Assembly (NCBI GenBank): GCA_050246115.1
Contig: JBFWWP010000024.1
Location: forward strand, 13,381 to 77,380
Direction of reading: 5' to 3'
DNA: 64,000 nt
DNA from: Planctomycetota bacterium
GTDB taxonomy: Bacteria; Planctomycetota; UBA8108; UBA1146; JAJFFE01
Made by a program: the position numbers and the translations under genes. The notes beneath the pieces were generated by a model. The model saw only the letters and a program-made list of their open reading frames with translations, did not search any database and had not been told where the DNA came from. Positions 1 to 9,740 of the stretch are shown piece after piece. Each line of letters starts with the position of its first letter. Within the stretch, counting starts at the first letter, position 1.

Positions 1-57
1 GCTTGGGGGCTGATGGGCTTGGGGGGTGATGGCGATCCTCGTGCGCCCGCCCGAGGC

Positions 58-351
58 CTACTCGGCCTCGGCCACCGGAACCACCGGCGGTCGATAGTAG
101 TATGGCGTGCCTACGCCCTCGATGGCGTCTTTCCACCAGTAGACCGGGTTCACGAACAGGAGATCCCCAACGAGCGCGCCGGCGCCCCCCACGAGAATGA
201 AGGGGAGGCAGAGCTCCGAGACCAGCGGACTATTCACGTACAGCTGGTTGTATCCCTGGTCGAGACCGCGGCTGAGCTTGCTCGGCCCAGCACATGCACT
301 CGCCGTCAGTGCCAGGCCAATGAGGCCCGCGAGTTTCCATCGTGAAGACAC
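58..351 (-). CDS. small putative lipoprotein (97 aa)
   Basis: GTG at 349-351 is preceded by GGGGGA. The N-terminus VSSRWKLAGLIGLALTASAC has a lipobox-like LTASAC. The upstream part of the 267-aa track ORF 58..861 is Arg/Pro-rich and antisense to ribBA. Confidence 0.4.
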   Translation of the reverse strand: MSSRWKLAGLIGLALTASACAGPSKLSRGLDQGYNQLYVNSPLVSELCLPFILVGGAGALVGDLLFVNPVYWWKDAIEGVGTPYYYRPPVVPVAEAE

Positions 352-464
352 GAATCCCCCCTGCTTCAAAGTACGGTTGTGGCGACGGGCAATACCCACG
401 AATCGTCCCCTCGGGAGTACGTTTCGGTACCGCCCTCGGACTTCACCGGTCGAAGCGATAACGA

Positions 465-1700
465 TCACACCGCTTCGAACAGGTGCCCCAGCTTGCCCTT
501 CTTCGCTTGGAGATAGGACACGTTGGCGGGCCCCGACCCGACCTCGAGCGGCACGCGCTCGATCACATCGATGCCCAGCCGCTGCAGTCCTTGGATCTTG
601 TCCGGGTTGTTCGACAACAACCGAACGTGTGCAACCCCTAGCCAGCGCAGCGCGTCCGCGGCATCGTCGTAGCGCCGAAGGTCCGGTGGGAATCCGAGCG
701 CGCGGTTGGCTTCGACCGTGTCCATGCCCCCCTGCTGCAAGCGATAGGCCTCGATCTTCTTGGCCAGACCGATGCCCCGGCCCTCTTGAGGGAGGTACAC
801 CAGGATACCCCGCCCCTCTCGGCCGATGCACTCCATGGCAGCGTTCAACTGCCCGCCGCAATCACAGCGGAGCGAACCGAGGAGATCCCCGGTGAAACAC
901 GCGGAGTGGACACGCACCAGCACGGGATCGGTGAAGCTCCGGGGCCGCAAGCCGGCACCCAGAGTCAACGCGATCACGTCCTCGTCGCGGGCGTTGCGGA
1001 ACACGTGAATGATGAAGGTGCCCATGGGGGTCGGGAGTTCCGCGCTGCTCATGTGGCGCAGACCAACGAGCGGCACGGTCGCCACCACGGGATCGTGGAG
1101 CCGACGGTAGGCGATGAGACTCTCGATGCTCCCCAGGAGCAAACCGTGCTGCCGCGCCAGGAGTTCGAGGTCGGAGAGCCGCGCCATGGTGCCATCGTCG
1201 TTCATGACTTCGCAGATCACCCCGGCGGGACGCAACCCGGCGAGCCGAGCGAGGTCGACCGCAGCCTCGGTGTGCCCCGAACGCTCGAGCACCCCCCCCG
1301 CGCGCGCGCGCAGCGGAAACAGGTGTCCCGGCCGCTTGAAGTCCGACGGCTTCGAGTCCGGGTCGGCCAGGAGCTGCGAGGTGTTGGCACGGTCAGCAGC
1401 GGAAATCCCAGTACTGATACCCGCCACGGCGTCGACGGACACCGTGAAGGCGCAGTCCTCGGGATTCTCGGTGCCATCCCCCATCGGCGGCAGTTCGAGG
1501 CGTTGGATGATGTCCGGGGCCAGCGGAGCACAAATGAGCCCGCGCCCGACGGTCGCCATGAAGCGAATCGACTCTGGCGTCACCTTCTGGGCCGCCATCA
1601 CGAGGTCACCCTCGTTCTCCCGATCTTCGCTGTCCACAACGATCACCATGCGACCGTTGCGGATCTCGCGCAGCAGATCCTCGATGGGAGCAAAGGTCAT
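465..1700 (-). CDS. ribBA: bifunctional 3,4-dihydroxy-2-butanone-4-phosphate synthase / GTP cyclohydrolase II
   Basis: Motifs RENEGDLVMAAQ (DHBP synthase), HSACFTGDLLGSLRCDCGGQL and LPQEGRGIGL (GTP cyclohydrolase II). Start trimmed to ATG 1698-1700 (MTFAPIEDLL); the 77 upstream codons of the track ORF are Arg/Pro-rich. Confidence 0.93.
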   Translation of the reverse strand: MTFAPIEDLLREIRNGRMVIVVDSEDRENEGDLVMAAQKVTPESIRFMATVGRGLICAPLAPDIIQRLELPPMGDGTENPEDCAFTVSVDAVAGISTGISAADRANTSQLLADPDSKPSDFKRPGHLFPLRARAGGVLERSGHTEAAVDLARLAGLRPAGVICEVMNDDGTMARLSDLELLARQHGLLLGSIESLIAYRRLHDPVVATVPLVGLRHMSSAELPTPMGTFIIHVFRNARDEDVIALTLGAGLRPRSFTDPVLVRVHSACFTGDLLGSLRCDCGGQLNAAMECIGREGRGILVYLPQEGRGIGLAKKIEAYRLQQGGMDTVEANRALGFPPDLRRYDDAADALRWLGVAHVRLLSNNPDKIQGLQRLGIDVIERVPLEVGSGPANVSYLQAKKGKLGHLFEAV

Positions 1701-1846
1701 TGCTCTCCCGCTTTCCAGCCTAGTCCGGTCGTCCGAAGGTCCTCCGCGACCTCGACTCCCTCGGGAACGATATCGGACGACCCGCCTTCTGGAAAGAGGG
1801 CGCCGCCCGGAGCCCCGCCGATTCCGCCTCGGAGTTCGCGGCCGCT

Positions 1847-3358
1847 TCAGCCCAGGACGGTCCGGAGCTTGCCTTCGAGGTAGCTTCGGAACACACCCGG
1901 GTCCAACCGGGCGCCGGTGACTCGCTGACACAACTCATCCGCCGAGTAGCGCGCCCCGTGGACATGGATTCCCGCGCGCAACCACTCGCGCAGCGGTGTC
2001 AGCTCGCCCGCCGCGATCCCGTCCTCGAGCCCGGGCAACTCGCGCTGGGCGGCGGCATAGATCTGCGCGGCGAAGAGGTTGCCCAGGAAGTAGGTCGGGA
2101 AGTAGCCGAATGCCCCGAAGCTCCAGTGGATATCTTGCAGGACGCCCTCGCGATCGGTCGGCGGCACCAAGCCAAGGTCGGCGCGCATGCGCTCCTTCCA
2201 GATGCCGGGGAGATCGGCCACCGCGACCTCGCCCGCTACCAGTTGGCGCTCGAGTTCGAAGCGCAGCATGACGTGGAGGTTGTAGGTCACCTCGTCGGCT
2301 TCCACCCGAATCAACGACGGCTGCACCCGATTGACGGCCCGCAGAAGCGCACCGAGTCCCAGTCCCTGGAGATGCGGGAACTCGGCCTGTAGTTGCGGCA
2401 GGAAGAAGGTCCAGAACGGTCGCCCGCGCGCCACGATGTTCTCCCACATGCGCGACTGCGACTCGTGGATCCCGAGGGAGACCGCAGCGGCGAGTGGAGT
2501 CCCCTCCCAATTCCAGTCGAGCCCCTGTTCGTACAAACCGTGCCCGGCTTCGTGCACCAAGGTGAACAGCGACTCGATCGTGCTGTTGTCATAGCGAGCG
2601 GTCAGACGAACGTCACGAGGACTGATCCCCGAGCAGAACGGGTGCGTCGAAAGGTCGAGTCGGCCGCGTTCGAAGTCGAAGCCCATGCGCCGAATGACCT
2701 CGAGGCCGAACTTCCGCTGCCGCTCGACATCGAACGGACCGGCGAGGGCTGGGGTCCGCGCCGAGATGGGTGCATAGTGAGCCACCAACTCGACGAGCCA
2801 AGGCTTCACTTGGTCGACCAGTCCTTGGACGTGCACCGCGGTGAAGCCGGGTTCGTACTCGTCGAGCATGACATCGTAGGCCGACGGGGTGCCGCCGGTC
2901 GCCCACCCACTGCCGATGGCCTCGGCCTCGCGGCGCTTCAAGACGAGCAGCTTCTCCAAGTACGGCCGGAACGACTCGAAGTCGTCCTGGGCCCGCGCAG
3001 CGGCCCATTTCGACTGCGCTTCCGATGCGGTGCGCGCGATCTCTTCCGCCAACTCCGGGGGCACTTTGCAGGCCCGATCGTAGTCCCGCCGAACCTCGCG
3101 GCAGAGGGCCTTCGCGTCCAAGTCCTCGCCGGTTCGACAAACCGCCTCCGCGGCCGCGAGTTGGTCCCCCAACTCGGGCGCGGTCGCCATGCGGTGCACC
3201 ACCTCGGTCAAGTCGCCAATCGCCGCCGCGCGACTCGGAGTCCCGGCGGGCGGCATCATCGTCTCTTGATCCCAGCCGAGAAGACCCAGGGTGGAGCGCA
3301 AGCGCCCGATTCGGACGACGGACCGCGTCAACTGCAGCAGGGCCGGATGGTCGAACAT
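1847..3358 (-). CDS. M32 family carboxypeptidase (carboxypeptidase Taq-like)
   Basis: HEAGHGLYEQG (HExxH), HESQSRMWEN and IRVEADEVTYNLHVMLRFELE are typical of the M32 family. ATG start at 3356-3358. Confidence 0.9.
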   Translation of the reverse strand: MFDHPALLQLTRSVVRIGRLRSTLGLLGWDQETMMPPAGTPSRAAAIGDLTEVVHRMATAPELGDQLAAAEAVCRTGEDLDAKALCREVRRDYDRACKVPPELAEEIARTASEAQSKWAAARAQDDFESFRPYLEKLLVLKRREAEAIGSGWATGGTPSAYDVMLDEYEPGFTAVHVQGLVDQVKPWLVELVAHYAPISARTPALAGPFDVERQRKFGLEVIRRMGFDFERGRLDLSTHPFCSGISPRDVRLTARYDNSTIESLFTLVHEAGHGLYEQGLDWNWEGTPLAAAVSLGIHESQSRMWENIVARGRPFWTFFLPQLQAEFPHLQGLGLGALLRAVNRVQPSLIRVEADEVTYNLHVMLRFELERQLVAGEVAVADLPGIWKERMRADLGLVPPTDREGVLQDIHWSFGAFGYFPTYFLGNLFAAQIYAAAQRELPGLEDGIAAGELTPLREWLRAGIHVHGARYSADELCQRVTGARLDPGVFRSYLEGKLRTVLG

Positions 3359-3537
3359 GGCATTCCTCCCAAGGGACTCGAAATCACGAATCAGCAGTCG
3401 CGACGATAGCCGACGCCTGAAAGCAATTGCACGCCCAATTCTCGGCCGAACCGGCGGCGCGGCGCGCCACGATCGACCCGGCGAAGCCTTGGGCTGTCGC
3501 CGGTTTCGTGCGAGAGTATGGCCAGGGAGGCCAATCG

Positions 3538-5055
3538 ATGAAACTCGACTTCAACTTTGCGCTCCGAGCGCCGAGCGCGCCGCGGCCGCGCTCGAACAAC
3601 CCGTTCAAGGTGCTGATCCTCGCTGACCTCGGTGGACGCGGGAATCGCGAGCCGCCCGGAACCCTCGACGGGCGCCGCCCCCGAGCGTTGGACGTGGACA
3701 ACTTCGACCAGCGCCTGCGCGAGGTCGCACCACGAGTCGAGTTCGGCGCCCCCGGCGAGGCACCGGTCACTTTGACGTTCACCGACCTGGATGACTTCCA
3801 CCCCGACGCGATCTTCCGGCGCGTGGAGGGGTTCGAAGCCACGCGCGAAACTCGCCGGCGCTTGCACGATCCCAAGACCGCAGCGGCCGCAGCGGCAGCA
3901 CTCCGAGCGGACAGCACCGGCCTCATGGGCGGCCCCGCAGCGCCCCCGACCGCGCCCAGTTCACCGCCCGCGGAGCCGGAAGACGCGCTGTTCGATCGCC
4001 TCCTCGGGGCACCGCGAAGCACGGGAGCAACCGGCCCCGCGACTCCGCCGAGCCTCGACCGCTTCCTGCGCGCGATCATCGGGCCCTACCTCACACCGGG
4101 TCTCGAGTCCGATCACGCATCGCTCGTGGCTTCGGTCGACGCGGCCATCGGCGATCTCATGCGACGCATTCTCCACACCCCCGCGTTCCAGCAGGTCGAG
4201 TCCCTGTGGCGTGGACTCCGCGAGACCGTGGCCCGCGTGGAGACCGCCGAGGACTTGCAGCTCTTCGCCGTGGACATCACCCGCGAAGAGCTACGGCTCG
4301 ACCTCGAACTCGCGCGCGATGATCTGTCGCAGTCGGCGTTCCATCGCTGGGCGGTTCGCGAGGTGGAGTCTCCCGACGCCGAACCTTGGTCGCTCATCGT
4401 CGGGCACTACACGTTCGGTGCTCCCCCCGCTGACGCGAGTGCGAATCCGAACGAGGACGCCGTGTTCCTCGCGCGAATCGGCGCGATCGCAGCTCGCGCC
4501 CACGCCCCGTTCATCAGCGCCATCGATTCGCACTGGATCGGTTGCCACGCGATCGCCGAAGCGCCTGACCCGCGAGACTGGGCTCCGGTCGACCCGGGCT
4601 ACCAGGCGCTCCGCGCCGCGCCCATGGCTCCGTGGATCGGCCTCGCCCTACCGCGAGTGCTCCTCCGTTTGCCTTACGGAAAGGACGCCGACGCCATCGA
4701 CTCCTTCGCCTTCGAAGAACTCACGGGCGCCTCCCCTCATGAGGACTACCTCTGGGGCAACCCCGCCCTCGCCTGCGCCACGTTACTGGCGCAGTCGTTT
4801 CGCGAGCGCGGTGGTTCCGTCGACCCAGGCATGGCTCTCGACCTGGTAGACCTCCCCGCTCATACTCGCCGCCGCGACGGCGAAACTCACATGCAACCCT
4901 GCGCCGAAGTCGCCCTGCCGGAGAAGACCGTCGAAGCCCTATTGGCCCGAGGAGTGATCCCGGTCGTGAGCTTTGCACGTCAGAACCGAGCGCGCGTGGT
5001 CCGCTTTCAGAACATCGCCGACCCACCGACGCCGCTGCCGATTTCCGGCTCGTAG
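3538..5055 (+). CDS. single-chain TssB-like/TssC-like contractile sheath paralog (fusion, C-terminally short)
   Basis: ATG 3538 with GGAGG 9 nt upstream. The N-terminus matches the TssB of this window (FKVLILADLGG, LDVDNFDQRLREVAPRVEF, LTFTDLDDFHPDAI). An Ala/Pro linker follows, then a TssC-like part (FQQVESLWRGL, PRVLLRLPYGKDA, YLWGNPA). Confidence 0.75.
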   Translation: MKLDFNFALRAPSAPRPRSNNPFKVLILADLGGRGNREPPGTLDGRRPRALDVDNFDQRLREVAPRVEFGAPGEAPVTLTFTDLDDFHPDAIFRRVEGFEATRETRRRLHDPKTAAAAAAALRADSTGLMGGPAAPPTAPSSPPAEPEDALFDRLLGAPRSTGATGPATPPSLDRFLRAIIGPYLTPGLESDHASLVASVDAAIGDLMRRILHTPAFQQVESLWRGLRETVARVETAEDLQLFAVDITREELRLDLELARDDLSQSAFHRWAVREVESPDAEPWSLIVGHYTFGAPPADASANPNEDAVFLARIGAIAARAHAPFISAIDSHWIGCHAIAEAPDPRDWAPVDPGYQALRAAPMAPWIGLALPRVLLRLPYGKDADAIDSFAFEELTGASPHEDYLWGNPALACATLLAQSFRERGGSVDPGMALDLVDLPAHTRRRDGETHMQPCAEVALPEKTVEALLARGVIPVVSFARQNRARVVRFQNIADPPTPLPISGS

Positions 5056-5058
5056 ACC

Positions 5059-6873
5059 TCAGCATCCCTGCGCGCACGAAAGTGCGGACGCACCGGCACC
5101 GCAGGTTGGGAACGGCGCCGGCGGAGGTGGACCGCCATTGAAGGAGAAGCCGAGCAGATACACCACGTCAGCGATGTCGAGGCCCGAGTCGGCGTTCGCG
5201 TCCCCGGCGCTCGCACACGGTATGGCGCTCCCTTGGAACAAACCCGCGAGCAAGCTCACCGGATCCGAGATATTGATGGCGCCATCGTCGTTGACATCGC
5301 CACGCAGGAACGCCGGGGCCGCGGAATAGACCACGGTCAAGATCTGGTCCGCGGGGACATCTGCGAGGACCGTTTGTACACCGTTCGGCCAGTCGATGAG
5401 CACCTGGTCGATGACGCTCGTCGCTCCGAGGCCGAAGTGCGCGGACAGCTCGTTCTTCGACAGAAAGTTGTCGCCCGAGTCGATGGGGCGCGCCTGCTGT
5501 TGGGAGCCAATGAACAATCGCACCGTCGCCCCAACTCCGTGCGGGGCAACGTCCGGACTCCCGCCGTTCGACAAGAACACCCGCAACCAGTGTGTGTTGG
5601 GACCGGCAAGGTCGTTCCGAAACAGCGTCATCGGCCCATTGAAGGCGCAGATGACGAGGTCCTGATCTCCGTCGTTGTCGTGATCGATGCGGACCAGACC
5701 TCGTCCCTCGCCGAAGTGCGCGAGCCCTACGGTCAACGCCTGCTCCGTGAAGGTGCCGTCCGTGTTGTTGATCCAGAGGTAAGACTGTTCGTTGAGAAAC
5801 TGCCCCAACCCCCCGTTGGTCTCCACGAGGTCTTGCCAACCGTCATGATCGAGATCGACCGCCGCCGCACCCCAGCCGTAGCCTCCCTCGAACACGCCGG
5901 CCGCCACGGAGCGCTCCTGGAACGTACCGTTTCCGAGGTTCCGGTAGAGCTTGTTGCCGGTCCAGCTGATCGACGGTTGATAGATCGAGGTGGTGTACCA
6001 GTCGACGAGTCCATCGTTGTCGAAATCCCCGACCGTCTGGCCCATCCCATTCTCCTCGAGCGTGGTGCCCGAGGCGGCCGAGGCGTTGGTGAAAGTGCCA
6101 TTGCCGTTGTTGTGGTAGTACAGACTCGTCCCGAAGTCCGACACCAAGAGTAGCTCCGGGTAATGATCTCCATCCATATCCAGAAGGCGCGGTGCAAACC
6201 CATGCATGGTGAACGGCACACCGACGAACAAGCCGGCGGCGGCCGTGACGTTCGTGAACGTCTCGTCGCCGTTGTTGCGAAACAGGATACTCCCGGTGTT
6301 TCCGCTGGCCGTTCCCGACACGAACAAGTCGAGGTCCCCGTCGAGGTCGTAGTCACCGAAGCATGAGCCGAAACCGTCCTGCGAAGCCGTGGTCGTGAAG
6401 TTGACACCCGCGCTCGCGGCGATGTTGGTGAAAGTGCCGTTGCCGTTGTTTCGGTAGAGACGATGCTGACCCACGCTCGGGTTGGGATACGCGCCAGCGC
6501 TGGTGCAGTAGATATCCAACCAACCATCGTTGTTGAAGTCGCCGACCGTCGGTCCCTTACCCATGTGGGACGCCGTCAATCCCCACACCGCAGCCTGATT
6601 GGTGAACGCGCCGCTGCCGTCGTTGATGAACAAGTGCTCCGCGTCGCCGCCGACTCCATCCGAGGGCACGTACAGATCCTGCCAGCCATCACCGTTGAAG
6701 TCTCCAGCGGCCGCCCCGCTGCTGTAGTTCGAGTGCGCAAAGATGCCGACGCTATGCGTGTTCTGGACTCCCGCCGCCAGCGTCTGATCGCTGAAGGCAA
6801 GGGTCTGCGCACATGCGGGCGCCACGGTCACGAGAACGACGAACAGCACCACGCCGATGCACGAGCGGTCCAT
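5059..6873 (-). CDS. secreted FG-GAP/VCBS repeat protein (ASPIC/UnbV, CRTAC1-like) with C-terminal dockerin-like repeats
   Basis: Signal peptide MDRSCIGVVLFVVLVTVAPACAQ from ATG 6871-6873. Repeats GDFNGDGWQDL, GDFNNDGWLDI, GDYDLDGDLDL, GDFDNDGLVDW, VDLDHDGWQDL, IDHDNDGDQDL. UnbV-like HWLRVFL...GATVRLF...FGLG. C-terminal DVNDDGAINISD and DANADSGLDIADVV. Confidence 0.82.
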   Translation of the reverse strand: MDRSCIGVVLFVVLVTVAPACAQTLAFSDQTLAAGVQNTHSVGIFAHSNYSSGAAAGDFNGDGWQDLYVPSDGVGGDAEHLFINDGSGAFTNQAAVWGLTASHMGKGPTVGDFNNDGWLDIYCTSAGAYPNPSVGQHRLYRNNGNGTFTNIAASAGVNFTTTASQDGFGSCFGDYDLDGDLDLFVSGTASGNTGSILFRNNGDETFTNVTAAAGLFVGVPFTMHGFAPRLLDMDGDHYPELLLVSDFGTSLYYHNNGNGTFTNASAASGTTLEENGMGQTVGDFDNDGLVDWYTTSIYQPSISWTGNKLYRNLGNGTFQERSVAAGVFEGGYGWGAAAVDLDHDGWQDLVETNGGLGQFLNEQSYLWINNTDGTFTEQALTVGLAHFGEGRGLVRIDHDNDGDQDLVICAFNGPMTLFRNDLAGPNTHWLRVFLSNGGSPDVAPHGVGATVRLFIGSQQQARPIDSGDNFLSKNELSAHFGLGATSVIDQVLIDWPNGVQTVLADVPADQILTVVYSAAPAFLRGDVNDDGAINISDPVSLLAGLFQGSAIPCASAGDANADSGLDIADVVYLLGFSFNGGPPPPAPFPTCGAGASALSCAQGC

Positions 6874-7051
6874 CCCGGTCTCCTTTCGCGAGGCGGTGAG
6901 TCGCGGGTCCGGACGCCGCGAACTCGGTCGCCGGGAATCACCCGCGAACAGTCTACCGAGTCCCCCCGGAGCAGTCGCCGAAAACCACGACCTGCGCGTG
7001 CCCTCCCGGTTCGAATCGCCCGCGAACGCGCTCGATCGGCAGCGAGTCCCC

Positions 7052-9730
7052 TCAGCGGCGCCGATCGTCCGGCTGCGTCTCGGCGTTCTGCAGTTCGGCC
7101 CGAAACGCAGCCGCGCGTTCGGACTCGCCCAAGGCCTCGTAGGCGGCGACGAGATCGTTGCGGGCCGCGCGTAGCCAACTGACCCCCGGACTCGCTTGGG
7201 CCTTGACGATCTCGTAGCCCGCGAGGGTCTCCTCGGCGGCCTCGGCATAACGTCCCAAACCGAGCAGGGACCGGCCGAGCTTGATGCGCGCAATCCCAGT
7301 ACTCAAGTGGCCCGGCGCTAGCGTACGGCCGAAGATGCCGACCGCGCGTCGAAACAGCTCTTCCGCCCGTGCGAAGTCTTGCTGGCTCGTGAGTACGCTC
7401 GCCAAGTTCGAAGTCGCCGTCGCGACCAGCGAGTGCTCCTCCCCGTAGACACTCTGGTAGATCTCCAAAGTCCGTTGGAAGTACGCCGCCGCGTCGTCCA
7501 ACCGGTCCTCCTGGAGTGCTGCGGATCCCAAGTCGTTGAGGGCAGACGCGACTCGGGGGTGGACGGGACCGTGCACTCGCTCTTGGATGCTCGAAGACCG
7601 TTCGAGCAGAGCCTGCCCTTCGTCGAACTTCCGTTGGTAGACGAGCACTCGGCCCAGCATCGTCATCGCGGAGGCGCTGCGAAAGTGATCCGCACCGTAG
7701 AACGATTCGAGCCGCGCCAAGGCCAGGCGATAGAAGTTCTCGGCCTCGAGGTAGCGCCCGCGATCGGCCTGTGACGCGCCAAGATTGATGAGAACATCAG
7801 CCACCCGCGGGTGGACATCACCGTAGATTCTCCGAGCACAGGTAAGAACCTCGTGGTTGAGCTCATCGGCGGCCTCGTAGTGGCCGGCGTAGTAGTGCGC
7901 GTCCGCGAGTTGTCCGAGCGCCGACGCATACTCGGGGGACGTTCGATCTTGGCGCTCGTACACCGCCACCACTTCGGAGTTCACGCGAATCGCATCGTCG
8001 TACTGCCCCCGCGCCTCGAGCACTCTTCCCAGGGCACCCAGGGCACCAACGGTCATCGGATGCTCGCGGCCCACCACCTGGGTGGCCCAATCGAGGGCTT
8101 CGCGGACGAGGCCTTCCGCTTCCTCCAGGCGCGCTTGGTCCAGTCGGAGTAGACCCAGAGCCACCCGCGTCGTCATGGTTTCGAGGTGTCGTGAACCAAG
8201 CAGCTCCTGTTGTCGTGCAAGTGCGAGATCCAGAAGTTGGTTCGCACGCTCGAACTGTCCGAGCTTCTGGTGGATGGTCCCCAGAGTACGATACAGTTCG
8301 GCCTGCACCACCGGCTCCTGGTCGAGAGAACGAGCCTCGCCAATCCCGCGCTCGAGCAACGCGGTGACCCGGAGTTCCTCGGCTGGCCCGGCTTCATCTC
8401 CGCCTTCGAACAAGCTCCAAAGGAAGTGCTGGATGCGCTGGGTCCGAGCCGACTCTGCCAGCGCTTCGTCGCGAGCCGCGGCCAAGCGTGCAGCGTAGAA
8501 GACGCTCGCATAGGCCGCGACCGCCAACGCCAGCACCGAGGCCAGGACCGCTTTGCGGTTGCGACGCACGAACTTGCCGAGGCGATAGCGCACGGAGTCG
8601 GGTCGGGCTTCGAGCGGCTCGCCGCGCAAGAAATGATCGATGTCACGGGTCAAGGCATCGACCGTTGGATAGCGGCGCTCGGGGTCCCAGTGCATGGCCG
8701 TCGCGCACAGTACGTCCAGGTCCGCCCACGACAACCGGCCCGGTACCACACCGTCACGACGACGCAAACCCACGGGCTGGGTCGCCCGGCGTGCGACCAC
8801 CGATGGTCGCTCCGCCTCCCGTGGACCCATCGCGGCCCGAGCTGCTGCCTCCTCGGGGACACCCGTGTCGAAGGGCACTCGCCCGGTGAGGAGTTCGTAG
8901 GTGATCACACCGAGTGAGTACACGTCGGTGCGGATGCCGACGGGCTCTCCGCGAAGCTGTTCGGGTGACGCGTAGGCCGGGGTCATCAGCCGCAGCCCCG
9001 TGCGGGTCTGATCGACCGTCGCGTCGACACCCTCGAGATGCTTGGCGATTCCAAAGTCGAGGAGCTTCACGGTGCCGTCCGCGGTGACCAAGATGTTCGA
9101 GGGCTTCAGATCCCGGTGGATCACGGCTTGCGCGTGGGCATACTGCACGGCCTCACCGACGCTGCGCACGAGTTCCAAGCGCCCTTCGAGCGAGGTTTCG
9201 TGCCGCCGACAGTACTCGGTCAGCGGCTGCCCTTCGACGTACTCCATGACGAACCAAGAGGTGCCATCGGGCGTCGACTCGGCATCGTGAAGCTGTGCAA
9301 TCGACGGATGATTCAGGCGCGCGAGGGTTCGCTGTTCGGCCGCGAAGCGTTCGCGCCGCGCAGGCGAGAGCCAGCCGTCGCGGAGGATCTTGATCGCCGC
9401 GCGACTCCCGAGGTCGGCTCGCTCCGCGAGGTAGACGACTCCCATTCCTCCTTCGCCGAGAACGCGCAGCAACCGGTATGGTCCTAGCACACTCGGTACG
9501 CCAGCAGGGAGCGTTCCCGTCCGCGCGAGCACGCTGTCGGCGAGGTGTGCCACGCCTTGGTCGAGAAGCGTACAGGGCCTGGCGTCGGCGGCGAGCATCT
9601 GACGTACACATACCAGGAGTTCTGGGTCTCGAGGCTCGTGCGCCGCGAGCCACGACTCTCGCTCCGCGAGCGGGAGCTCGGCCACTCGATGGAACAGGGC
9701 CTGTGCACGCTCCCAGCGAACCGGATCCAT
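7052..9730 (-). CDS. Ser/Thr protein kinase with one TM segment and C-terminal TPR repeats
   Basis: Kinase motifs GEGGMGVVYLA, AIKIL, HRDLKPSNILV, DFGIAK, ASPEQ. TM segment AVLASVLALAVAAYASVFYAA. Long TPR-like C-terminus. ATG 9728-9730 (MDPVRWERAQALF). Confidence 0.9.
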   Translation of the reverse strand: MDPVRWERAQALFHRVAELPLAERESWLAAHEPRDPELLVCVRQMLAADARPCTLLDQGVAHLADSVLARTGTLPAGVPSVLGPYRLLRVLGEGGMGVVYLAERADLGSRAAIKILRDGWLSPARRERFAAEQRTLARLNHPSIAQLHDAESTPDGTSWFVMEYVEGQPLTEYCRRHETSLEGRLELVRSVGEAVQYAHAQAVIHRDLKPSNILVTADGTVKLLDFGIAKHLEGVDATVDQTRTGLRLMTPAYASPEQLRGEPVGIRTDVYSLGVITYELLTGRVPFDTGVPEEAAARAAMGPREAERPSVVARRATQPVGLRRRDGVVPGRLSWADLDVLCATAMHWDPERRYPTVDALTRDIDHFLRGEPLEARPDSVRYRLGKFVRRNRKAVLASVLALAVAAYASVFYAARLAAARDEALAESARTQRIQHFLWSLFEGGDEAGPAEELRVTALLERGIGEARSLDQEPVVQAELYRTLGTIHQKLGQFERANQLLDLALARQQELLGSRHLETMTTRVALGLLRLDQARLEEAEGLVREALDWATQVVGREHPMTVGALGALGRVLEARGQYDDAIRVNSEVVAVYERQDRTSPEYASALGQLADAHYYAGHYEAADELNHEVLTCARRIYGDVHPRVADVLINLGASQADRGRYLEAENFYRLALARLESFYGADHFRSASAMTMLGRVLVYQRKFDEGQALLERSSSIQERVHGPVHPRVASALNDLGSAALQEDRLDDAAAYFQRTLEIYQSVYGEEHSLVATATSNLASVLTSQQDFARAEELFRRAVGIFGRTLAPGHLSTGIARIKLGRSLLGLGRYAEAAEETLAGYEIVKAQASPGVSWLRAARNDLVAAYEALGESERAAAFRAELQNAETQPDDRRR

Positions 9731-9740
9731 GCCTTCACTT

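Noticed and set aside
1701-1931. N-terminal extensions of track ORFs. Examples are ribBA to 1931, FG-GAP to 7293, kinase to 9856, sigma to 10475, tssE to 22292, tagF to 28934, amidohydrolase to 42259, flagellin 2 to 52330 and flgH to 60297.
   Set aside because: The extensions are Arg/Pro/Ser-rich and often overlap the upstream gene. Each is followed by an internal start with an SD-like sequence and a native-looking N-terminus (a signal peptide or a conserved family start).
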